Position numbers and translations under genes: made by a program
Notes under the pieces: model-generated
Seen by the model: only the letters and a program-made list of their open reading frames with translations
Told to the model about the DNA's origin: nothing
Database searches by the model: none
Shown: positions 49,555-59,176 of the stretch, one piece after another
Numbering within the stretch: position 1 is the first letter of the stretch
Layout of the letters: each line of letters begins with the position of its first letter
Origin: an uncultured Armatimonadia bacterium
GTDB taxonomy: Bacteria > Armatimonadota > Zipacnadia > CAVVLO01
DNA length: 64,000 nt
Direction: 5' to 3'
Assembly: GCA_963749155.1 (NCBI GenBank)
Contig: CAVVLO010000001.1
Location: forward strand, 768,001 to 832,000

Positions 49555-51111
49555 TTGCAACCGCTGGAGCTTAGGCCTGGCATCTATGCCGTAGGCGCGC
49601 TGGACTGGGATCTCAGCCAGATGCACGGCTATTTCACGCCGCGCGGCGTCACCTACAACTCTTACCTCCTTGTCGATGAGCATATCACCCTCGTCGACAC
49701 GGTGAAGCACTACAAGTTCGACGAGTTGCTGAGTCGCATCAGCAAGGTCGTAGATCCGTCCAAAATTGATTATGTGGTGGTCAACCACGCCGAACCCGAC
49801 CATGGCAGCGCGCTGCCGAAGGTGCGGGCGCTGCTGCCGAACGCTTCAATCTTCTGCAGCAAGCGCGGGGTGGATGTCATCACCGGCAACTACCGGCAGG
49901 ACTTCGGCCTGAAGCCTGTGGCGGACGGCGAGACGCTTTCACTTGGCAAGCGGTCGCTGGTCTTCAAAGAACTGCCGATGCTGCACTGGCCGGACAGTAT
50001 GGTCAGTTATTGTCCCGAGGAAGGGATACTCTTCTCCAACGACGCCTTCGGCCAGCATATGGCGACTGCGGAGCGCTTCGATGACGAGGTCGGGTGGAGC
50101 GTCACCAGCTACGAGGCCGGCAAGTATTACGCCAATATCGTGATGCCCTTCGCTCAGCAGGTGCAAGGGGCGCTGGCGGCGCTTGGAAGCCTGCCCATCA
50201 GTCTGATCTGTCCCTCGCACGGGGTTATGATACGCAGCCACATCGCCGAGATGCTTGAAAATTATCGCAAGTGGTCGAGTTTCGAGGCGGAAGAGTCGGT
50301 TGCGCTTATCTACTACTCGATGTGGGGCGCCACCAAGCTGCTGGCGGAGGCCATCGCCGATGGCGTGCAGGCCGAGGGGCTGCTTGTTACGCTGCGTAAT
50401 ATGGAGAGCTACCACTATTCCGATGTGATGTATGATGTACTTGTGAACCGCGGCATCGCGCTGGGCTCGCCCACGCTCAACAACGGGATGCATCCCGAGA
50501 TGGCCTCTATGACGGCTTATCTGACGGGGCTGCGGCCGCGCGACCGGGTAGGGCTGGCCTTCGGGTCTTACGGCTGGGGCGGCCAGTCGGTCGGGATGCT
50601 TCAAGAGGTTATGACGCAGCTCAAGTGGGAGACTCCCCTCGAGCCGCTGAAGATAAAATGGAAGCCGACGGAGGAAGACCTCCAGGCGGCGACCGAGGCG
50701 GGCAGGGCGCTTGCCCAGCAGGTAAAAGCCTGGCCCAAGCCGAATACGTTGCCCACTATAACAACCACTCAGGAGGTGGCTGGTATGAAGTTGTCCGATT
50801 ACCTGATTTCGCCCGAACACGAGGGCAAAGAGAAACACGTACCCCAGCTTTCACTGACAGACGGCGTGCTGGAGGTGTGGGTAGGCAAGGAAGTCGCTCA
50901 TCCCAACACAATCGAGCATCACATCTCGTGGATCCAGGTCTATGCGATCCCCGAGAGCGGCCCGGTGAAGTTCGTCGCGAGGTTCGACTTCGGGCCGACA
51001 CTGGCTCAGCCGCACGTGACGGTGCCTGTAATGACCGAGGGCATCAAGGGCTATATCGCGGTGGAACACTGCAATATCCACGGGCTGTGGGAGAACTCAA
51101 TCGAGGTCTGA
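49555..51111 (+). CDS. fprA: flavodiiron protein (FprA) in frame with a C-terminal neelaredoxin-type superoxide reductase; may be two genes (second start 50785)
   Basis: TYNSY, HAEPDH, LHWPDS, SNDAFGQH, PSHG, flavodoxin SMWG.T/GSPT/FGSYGWGG; then EKHVP, HP.T.EHHI.WI, HCNIHGLWE. Confidence 0.9.
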   Translation: MQPLELRPGIYAVGALDWDLSQMHGYFTPRGVTYNSYLLVDEHITLVDTVKHYKFDELLSRISKVVDPSKIDYVVVNHAEPDHGSALPKVRALLPNASIFCSKRGVDVITGNYRQDFGLKPVADGETLSLGKRSLVFKELPMLHWPDSMVSYCPEEGILFSNDAFGQHMATAERFDDEVGWSVTSYEAGKYYANIVMPFAQQVQGALAALGSLPISLICPSHGVMIRSHIAEMLENYRKWSSFEAEESVALIYYSMWGATKLLAEAIADGVQAEGLLVTLRNMESYHYSDVMYDVLVNRGIALGSPTLNNGMHPEMASMTAYLTGLRPRDRVGLAFGSYGWGGQSVGMLQEVMTQLKWETPLEPLKIKWKPTEEDLQAATEAGRALAQQVKAWPKPNTLPTITTTQEVAGMKLSDYLISPEHEGKEKHVPQLSLTDGVLEVWVGKEVAHPNTIEHHISWIQVYAIPESGPVKFVARFDFGPTLAQPHVTVPVMTEGIKGYIAVEHCNIHGLWENSIEV

Positions 51112-51130
51112 TGCGCCCGCAGGCAGGCCA

Positions 51131-51170
51131 CAAAGAAGCGCCGGGGCCAACGCTCCGGCGCTTTTGTTTT
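51131..51170. terminator. intrinsic terminator between convergent genes
   Basis: GAAGCGCCGGGGC-N4-GCTCCGGCGCTTT + TGTTTT. Confidence 0.75.
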
Positions 51171-51174
51171 GGCG

Positions 51175-52567
51175 CTAGCGACTGAATTTGCGGACCAGAC
51201 AGATCATAAAGAGGGAGGTAAGGACCAAACCCAGGACCGCCTCGACAGAGGCCAGTTAAGCGCCCAAAGCCAGCCATGTGGCGTAATGTCACCATAGCCG
51301 AGGGTTGCGAAGGTAATGACGCTATGAGTAGAGAGCAGTCCAAAGGGAATGGACTGGTCGTTCAGATACCATCCACCTGAAGGCCCTTGATTGCCTGCAG
51401 GTACGGCGAAGAAGACCACGGCGCAGAGCGCCCACAGGGCTACTAGCCACCACTGCTCGCCATAACCCGCGACCCACTCAAGCAGTGCACTCCCAGAGCA
51501 CGTTTCACCGGGTGGCCGCCTTCTGTTCAGCAAGGGCCCTATCCGTTGGCAGTAACGCTCCCGGTAGAAGAAGTTGCCCGCGCGTTCATAGTCTCCCTGC
51601 TGCTGGAAGGCGAGCTTGAGTTGGCGGTAGACAGCGGCGCAGGAGGACCAGGTGGGGCGAGAGTATGGCGTGTGTGTCGCAGGTCGTAGGCAGTCCAGGC
51701 AACGTCGTCTTTGGCCAGTAACTCATCGCCCAGCATATCGCTGGAGTCACCCTCTGTAGGCAGGCCGAACCTGCAGTTGGCCAAGTTGGTCGTGGGGTGC
51801 ATGTCTGTACCACTGAGAAGCACCCCGTGTAGGTCGACATCTCTAAGATCCGTAGCAGTGTCGCCACCGTGAGTCCTGCTCGAATCCGTCCGGGACGGAC
51901 GTGATCAGGCTGTGTAAGCGAGTAAACCGGAGATCAGCCGACCTCAGATCGGCCCCTACGAACGAAGCGCCGGAAAGGTCAGCCCAGAGCAGCTCAACCT
52001 CGCGAAGATCAGCTCTCATGAGCTGAGCCCCCGACAGGTTGGCGGAATAGGCGTGAGCATGGTGCAGGATCGCTTTCGTCAAGCTGGGCTCCTGACAGGT
52101 CTGCAGCATTGAATGCAGCGTAGGACGCTTCTGTGCCATCTTAGCGCTGCGCCTCGCAGGACGGCCTCGTCGAGACTGGCACCCGACAGGTCCGCCCCGT
52201 TCAGCTTGGCCGCAGACAGATCTGGCCTCGGATAAGTCCGCGTTTCCGAGATTGCGCCTTCGTTAGGTCAGCCCACGGCAGATTGAGCGTTCTGGAGTTG
52301 GGCATCAGAAAGATGGGTCTCTCGGAAGGACGCGCCTCATCGAGACATATGCCGACAGCGACAGCTTGCTCCAGCCGTTCCTTCAGGTCGATCCGGCTTT
52401 GCCTCGGAGTGGAACTCGCACGTCGGCGTCGGGCTCGGTCGCTCCGCTCCAAGCGGAAGGCCACATAAACTATGCCTTGGTCTAGGCTCGTGCTCGTAGC
52501 CATACTGACACCTCGGCCCGTCGTAGCCTTCCGGCACATCGTTGAGATACTCTGTCTCTTCGCTCAC
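51175..52567 (-). pseudogene. heavily frameshifted pentapeptide-repeat protein with C-terminal K-channel-like (Ion_trans_2) domain
   Basis: GGAGG+GTG at 52567; fragments with ANLSGAQL.RADLR..ADLSGA..GADLR.ADLR repeats; SVITFATLGYGDI.P; EAVLGL...LF...LVRKFSR stop. Confidence 0.7.
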
Positions 52568-52640
52568 AGGCGCCTCCACAGGGGACAAGCTAACTACAGA
52601 GAATTATACCGCTAGTCTGAGGTGCTTGAGGGTGGCTTTT

Positions 52641-55600
52641 ATGAGATTGCTGCTGGTGTTGTTGCTCTGCTGCCTGGTTACGCTGCCCTGCCTGGCCTAT
52701 GAACGGATGGCGGCGTGGCAGGATAGCCTCGTCGAGATGGCCGATGGCTTCCCCTACGCGGCGCTGGTGACCTATGACAACTCGCGGCCCGACCAGCCGA
52801 TGTGGCTGCAGCAGGTGACGCTGGGCAAGCTGCTTGTCGGGCTCAAAGTGGGCGAGCGAGTCGAGTGGTGGAAAGAGGCCGAGGTGACAGTCCTGCCCGA
52901 GGGCCTCGTGGCAACCGGGAGCCTCGCCGGGGCGAAGCTGACGCTCTGCGCTGCTGCCGCTGATGACCGACTGGCGAGACCTCGCCTGGCAGGGGGGAGC
53001 GCTCTACGAGCTTACAGTCACTGGGGCGCCCGCCGGGGCGAAGCTGCTGCTGGCCTGGGGCGGCACCAGCGTGGACGATGTGCTGCTGACCGATGGACGC
53101 TACAGGGCGATCCAGGATGAAGGCTTCCCCGCCGCCAAAGGCGATGAAGTGACAATGTCCGGCGACTGCGCGCTCATCAGGCAGAGTGGCTTCAAGGCGA
53201 TTGTTGCGGCCTTCCGCGTGCCTGGGCAAGCCCCGCCGTAGCCACCGACCTGCCTGGCCTGCCCAAGCTGGAAGGGCCTGTGGCGCTGGTCGAGATTACC
53301 CCTCCCAGTGGAAAACTGAGCTTGCTTGCGACCTTCGCCGAGAGCCAGCAGAACGCGCTCAAGCTGGCCAACCTAAGCCCCGAGGAGGAGCTTGCCAAAA
53401 CTCGCGATTACTATTCTTCGCTGGTGGCTTCCGCCGTCTGCCAGACAGGCGATAAGGCGATTGATGAGTGCTTCACCTGGGCGGCAATCAACCTCGACTA
53501 CAACTGGTATCGCGGGATCGGCTGGGTAGAGTCCATCCACCACTGGGTGACGATGTTCACGCAACTTTTCATCCCCGCCGCCGACCACCTGGGGCAGGCC
53601 GACCGCAGCAAAGCCTGCCTTAAGGTCCATCTCGAGCAGGCTCTTGGGCAGGATGGGCGCATGCTGAGTATGAACCTGACCAAGAAGCCGTGGACGGCTT
53701 TCGGGTGGAATCAGTATTTCTTCGATAGCCTGGGTCATTATCTGCGCTGGACGGGGGATGTGGGATTCGCCAAAGAGGCACTGCCAGGCGTCAAGCGGAT
53801 ACTGGCCAACACGCGGGAGCGCTTTGATGCGGACGGCAACGACCTCCTCGGGTGGGAGCAGCAGATAGGCTATCAGGAAGATTATGTGATGGCGCCGCGA
53901 GATTCCGCCTCGGCGACGCTGAACTGGATCCGGATGAACGAAGTGGGCGAACTGGTGGCGCGCCTGGCGGGCGATGGGCAACTGGGGCTAAAGTGCAGGC
54001 AGAGCCGCGAGCGCGCGGAGCAGGGGCTGAAGGCTTCCCTCTATGACGGGGAGCTGGGCAGGTTCGGGGATTGGCGCGATGGGCTGGGGACGCTTCGCCA
54101 TGAGGGCGCCTGGCACACTTTCGGCTGGCCGGTGAAGCAGGGGACCCTGACGCCAGTCGAGGCCTGGGCGGGGCTCGAGCACTTTCGCGCGGCTTTGATG
54201 AGCGAACGCGGATTGCCATATCTCTCGCAGCGCTTCCCTGGCCATCCCCCTCACACAACAGGCTGCCAGGAGGGAGACCTGCAGGCGCTGGATGTGGCGC
54301 TCTGCTTCGCCAAAGCGGGCGATCCGGACCAGGCAGCGAGCATCATAAAGGTGTTCGCGGACTTCACGATGGCCGCGCCCTGCCTGGGCAGCTTCACCGA
54401 GACGATAATCCCCTGGCCGACGTGGTTCTCGCCGCCCGCAGCGCTGTATGTAGAGGCGGTTACAGAGGGCCTTTTCGGTGTCAAACTGGACAGGCTCGAG
54501 GGTCTACTGACAGTTTCGCCCTCCCTGCCCGAGGCCTGGCCCGAGGCAAAGCTGAGCCTGCCGGATTATGACCTTTCTATCGCCCAGGCAAAGGGGCGCT
54601 ATTCGCTGGAAGTGTCGGCAGAGGGCTTCGAGCGCGCGCGGCTGGCGCCCTGGCTTCCCCCTGCAGTGGTGAAGTCGGTCAAATATAACGGCCAGCGCGT
54701 ACCCTTCGCCGTGGAGGCAGGAGTTGGCCGGATTCAGCTAATTGTCGAACAGCCTTTCTCTGGGAAGGCGCGCCTTGAGGTGGAGTGTTCGCCAGTTGAT
54801 GCTGTGAAGCTGGCGCCGACCGAAGCTTGCCCGGGGGAAGAGCTTTCAGTGGCGCTGCCAGGATGCCAGCCGGTGGAGCTGTATGACCCGGCAGGGGTCT
54901 TCGAGAGCAGCCGGCTGGAGAAGGGCAAGCTCAGCGGGCGGCTGCGCGGCAACCTGCTGGACCTGGCCCACGAATACGGGCAGATGGGGAAGGCGGTCTT
55001 CTCCGACAGGACCCCGCTGGTGCTGGTAGAGCAGGAGGGGGCCCAGTACTGGGTGGCGCTGCCGCTGCGACTGGCTCCGGCGGTCGAGGTGCGGCCTGAC
55101 TGGGATGTGCGGCGCAACAGTGACGACCCCGAGGCCGGTTATACACTGGGCCTCACTGTCGCAAACAGGACCAGTGCTTCACTTGACGCGCTGGATATAA
55201 GGTGGCTTGGCGAAAGCTTCCACAAAAGACTCTCCGTCATACCGGGGAAGGAAGCGCGCCTCGAGTTGCTGCTTTCCTGGGAGCAACTTGCTGCAGCCTC
55301 GCCAGGAGTGAATACACTGGAATGGAGCGTACCGGGCACGCGCTACGGTGGCACTGAAGCGGCCTGGGTGAAACGTCCAGCCGAGGAGCTGCCGGCGCTT
55401 GCCGAGGACTGGGCAGGGCGCTGTGAGCCGGTGAAACTGCCCGCCGAGAGCTTGCGTAGCAGTAAGGACTGGCGGCAATGGCGAGAGTTCGACGATGGAG
55501 GGCATCAGCCCTGGGCCAGCTTGAAGGAGCCCCTTGAAGGCCTCGTCGCCGATGAACAGGGGCTGGTGAAGCTTTCGGCCTCGAACGGGGTCGCCTTCGA

Positions 55601-56492
55601 ACTCGAGGCAGGCAAGCTCGCGCCGGTGGGTTACCAGTGCGGGCAGCCAGCCTTGAAAATTCCGGTGGGCAGGCAGTCGGCGAAGCTGTATCTGCTGGTG
55701 GCAGGACTTCTCACCAACGAGGACAGCTATGCCCCAGTGGCGCGCGTAACGGCCCAATCTGGGCGCATAACGCTCGCCAGTCGGGTGCTGCACTTCCCCG
55801 GCGATCTGGACTGGTGGTATCCAGGCTCTCGAGTCGGCGAGTATGCGAGCTTCGGCACAGGCTGGAGCAAGGCAACCGCCCTCCAACTGCCCGAGGCGGT
55901 CGCCTCGGTGATCGAGCTGGAGTTGCCCTATCCAGCGCAGGTAGACTGGGTAGAGATAAGCGCGCTCGCAGAACCTGCAACACTAGGAGTGCTGGCTGTA
56001 AGCACTTTTTGCGAACGGCAACAGACCATCGGGCAAAAGGACTGGCTGGCTGGCGGGACGCTGCTGGTGGAAGATTTCGAAAGCGGGACGCTGGAGGGCT
56101 GGACAACTGCTGGCGAGGCCTGGACGGTTGGGAAGTCTTATCAGGTGCACGCCAGGCACGGTCAGGGAGAGTACTTTGCCGATTCTCTTGGCAGAGGCGA
56201 GACTTTTACTGGCGCGCTGACCTCGCCGCCTTTCACAATCACGGGCAAACGGCTCACCCTGCTTGCGGATGGCTGGCGAGCTGGCGGGCTTAACTGGTTC
56301 GCGCTGAAGGACGCCGAGACGGGGGAGGAGCTGCTGCGCATCGACCCGCCCGACCACACGGGCGAGTTTGTGCCACTTGGTGCCGATGTGACAGCCTTTG
56401 AAGGGCGCAAGGTGGTCTTCGAGGCGGTGGACGGCGCAACGGCTACTGCCTATGCCTGGCTCGCTTTCGACAGGTTAAGACTGGAAGACTAA
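52641..56492 (+). CDS. large secreted putative glycoside hydrolase with (alpha/alpha)6-like core and C-terminal CBM-like domain (frameshifts near 52950 and 53235)
   Basis: Signal peptide; Y.RWTGD..F, D.DG..L, GLFGV......L.V.P.LP..W; C-terminal DFESG.L.GW...G.AW...TG.LTSPPF. Confidence 0.65.
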
Positions 56493-56527
56493 AAAAAAAG
56501 GCGCTCCCTCGGGAGCGCCTCTCTTTT
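56491..56527. terminator. bidirectional intrinsic terminator
   Basis: A9-GGCGCTCC-ctcg-GGAGCGCC-TCTCTTTT. Confidence 0.85.
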
Positions 56528-56546
56528 GCTGCTGGTCCTGGTTACT

Positions 56547-57555
56547 TTATTCTACCGGGGCCGGAAGCGTCTTGCCGGCCGCGGCGGATTTAACGGCGGT
56601 CTCGAGCAATGCGATGACCCGGCGACCATCCTCGGCGGTGACCTCCAGCGGGGTGCCCTTCGACAGGTGGCTCGCGACGTCGCGATAATAGGCGTGCCAG
56701 TCGCTGTCCTTGTACTTCACCTTGGCGGTCATCTTGATGCCGTCTACCTCGCGCAGCAACTCGAACTCGCCGCCCCAGCTATCCACGATGGCGCCCTTGG
56801 TACCCAGGATGCGCCAGCGCGGCTTGGTGGCCATTGCGATGTTGCTGGTCTCGAGTGAGGCGACTGCGCCATTCTTGAACTTGACGATGGCTTCGACGTG
56901 ATCCTCGTTGGTCACATCGTTCCAGACCAGCTTGTGCACGAAACCAGTTATGGACTCCATCGGGGCTTCGATGAAGTGGAGCACCCAGTCCGAGAAATGC
57001 GCGCCCCAGTCATACATCGCGCCGCCACTTATTTCCTTGCTTGGCGCGCCACCAGGTGCCCGGATGGCTGTAGCCGCCGAAGAAAGCCTCGACCTTGAAG
57101 ACGTCGCCGATGAGGCCTTTCTTGATGACCTCCCGGATGGTCACGAAGTCGCCATCCCAGCGCCGGTTGTGGAAGACTGAAAGCATTACGCTCTGCTTCT
57201 TTGCCTCGGCGATCATCTTGTCGGCTTCAGCCACGGTAATGCACATTGGCTTCTCGAGGATGACATGCTTGCCGGCCTTAAGGCACTGCAGGGCAACAGG
57301 GCCATGCAGGTTGTGAGGCAGGATGAGGATGCAGGCGTCTACGGCAGGATCGGCAAGGCACTTCTTCACGTCGGTGTAGAACTTGCTTGCAGGGAAATCC
57401 TCGAGGGCGACGGCCTCGCGCGCGGCGTCTACATCGCAGACGGCGGCAACTTTGAACACGCCGGTGGCTTCGGCAGCCTGACCATGCAGACGCCCCATAT
57501 TGAAGGCGCCTCCGTAACCGATGAGGGCAACTCCGAACAGCTTCTTCTTTGCCAT
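56547..57555 (-). CDS. Gfo/Idh/MocA-family oxidoreductase (frameshift near 57040)
   Basis: IGYGG, PH.LH, GKHV.LEKP, HNRRWD.DF, then SGG.MYDWG.H..D; AAGGAG SD. Confidence 0.9.
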
Positions 57556-57616
57556 AACTGGACACTCCTTCGAAGGCGATTGTGGAACCGGGGGCGAGAT
57601 TCGGCGGGGCAAGCCC

Positions 57617-57666
57617 CTTTCCTCCAAGGAAAGGCGCTTTCCTGCAAGGAAAGGCGCTTTCCTGCA
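57617..57666. repeat. 20-bp palindromic tandem repeat (2.5 copies)
   Basis: CTTTCCT(C/G)CAAGGAAAGGCG x2 + CTTTCCTGCA. Confidence 0.85.
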
Positions 57667-57671
57667 GACAA

Positions 57672-58271
57672 TCAAGAAGCTGGATGCAGGGAAATTGTAA
57701 CGTTCAGGACTTGCTCGAGCAGACCTTGCTTCAACTCACCGCCCATAAGGTTATAAGCAAGCGAACTCTTTCCAGAGGCGGTGATTACACATTGACCTGG
57801 GACAGGAAAGCTGACTTCGAGCTGCTCAACGGCGGCGTTGTGAGGCCGGTCGAGGCCATCAGCCAGACGAAGCAGAGCAGCAAGGGCCCTGACTCGCTGC
57901 TGGTCATCGGGAGAAAGGTCGGCGTAGAGCTTGTGGGTTAAGGCAGGTTCCGACTTGCGGTGATACCGGGCCAGGTTGGCAAGCAACTGCCGCTGGTGGT
58001 CGGAAAGGCCTGGCCAGTCGGCTGCCAGGATGAGGTCGCGCGCGACTTTGTTGTGGGCGGATTCACTTAGAGGCACACCGATATCGTGTATAAGAGCGGC
58101 GGCTTCGAGCAAGGCCAGGTCGGCTGCTTCAAGACCGAGCTGGGCTTTGAGCTGGCTAGCGAGTTGCATGGCAAGCTGGGCAACCTGGCGCGAATGCCGC
58201 TCTTCGGCACCACTGGTAAGCAGGAGTTGCTCAGCGCCGGCAGTAAGCAGGTCGTCAGCAAGGGGCGTCAA
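57672..58271 (-). CDS. stand-alone HD-domain protein homologous to the Ppx/GppA C-terminal domain
   Basis: H...VA.LA..L, LL.AAA.IHDIG, H.K, LARYHRK, LAALLRLADGLDR.H; TTG start with AAGGGAG SD overlapping the upstream TGA. Confidence 0.8.
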   Translation of the reverse strand: MTPLADDLLTAGAEQLLLTSGAEERHSRQVAQLAMQLASQLKAQLGLEAADLALLEAAALIHDIGVPLSESAHNKVARDLILAADWPGLSDHQRQLLANLARYHRKSEPALTHKLYADLSPDDQQRVRALAALLRLADGLDRPHNAAVEQLEVSFPVPGQCVITASGKSSLAYNLMGGELKQGLLEQVLNVTISLHPAS

Positions 58272-59166
58272 GTGAGATGCTCCCTTACTTCGGCAGCCAG
58301 AGTGCCTTCTGCAAGCCGCCTCAGGACGACAAGAGCCTGGGCAGTATAGTCCCGGCGCGCGAGCATCAGCCTCGGCAGCGGCCATAAAGAGCGCAGCCTG
58401 GTTGGTTCGGGCAGCTTTGGCGCGTTCCTCGAGGCGAGCGCGCAGCACTTCCCAGTCCCGGGCCAGTCCCATCAGTTCCTGCAGTTCTGCTACCTCGTTG
58501 CGCAATCGTCCGGCTGCGGCCGATAGGACCGGCAGCCAGGGTTCGAGGGTGTATTTGACCCTTTTGGCGAGAAGGCGCCGCTCGTGGAAGGCCACCGCAT
58601 CCACTTCCAGTAGAGCCAGGTCAAGGCCATCGAAAAGACGTAAAAGACGTTTGGAAAGCTGCCTTCGGATGGCACTTTTTAGAGACGGAGCCTTCTTTTC
58701 CTTGCGCAAGAGGCGACAAAGGGCATGAATCCGGGGCGAAAGCTCCTGTTCAGCAGTGGAAAGGGCTTCCGGAAGGCGGCAAAGGGCAGCGTTGCGTTCT
58801 TCTCGAAGGGCCAGGTCAAGGCCTTTCAAAGCCCTTTTCAAGTCAGGATGGGAGGCGACAAGCTCGGTCAGATGGCTTTTCATAACGTCCTGGTCGCGGA
58901 TGGGGCCAAGTCCATCGTTTAAAGTCTGCACGGGTCGAAGAGCGAGGGTGTAAGCCGCTTTGGGCGCCCAGCAGCGAGCAAAGCGAAGCACCTCGCGCAA
59001 ACGTTTGGAAGCAACCCTGGGCATCGTGGATGCCTTCAATATCGCCTGCACTTGCCAGCACAAGCTGGTCAGAAAGCTGAAGCAAATGGGTCTCGAGTGA
59101 GAGCGCTGCAGCTTTACTGGCATCCAGACCAGGACTTAAGCCTTTGGTCTTTAACGGTTTGGCCAT
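58268..59166 (-). CDS. CHAD-domain (polyphosphate-binding) protein (two frameshifts, near 59020 and 58360)
   Basis: EGIHD.RVASKRLRE, LG.IRD.DV, FHERR...KR.KY.LE, LQE.MG..RD; repaired C-terminus ends at TGA overlapping the HD start. Confidence 0.85.
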
Positions 59167-59176
59167 AAGTCTTCCC

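Noticed and set aside
57617..57666. Possible CRISPR repeat
   Set aside because: Head-to-tail 20-mers without spacers.
57672..59123. 483-aa CHAD-HD fusion ORF in the track
   Set aside because: Its N-terminus and junction (PGLYCPGSC...) are out-of-frame text; repairing two insertions gives a CHAD gene ending at TGA 58268 and a separate HD gene with its own SD and TTG.
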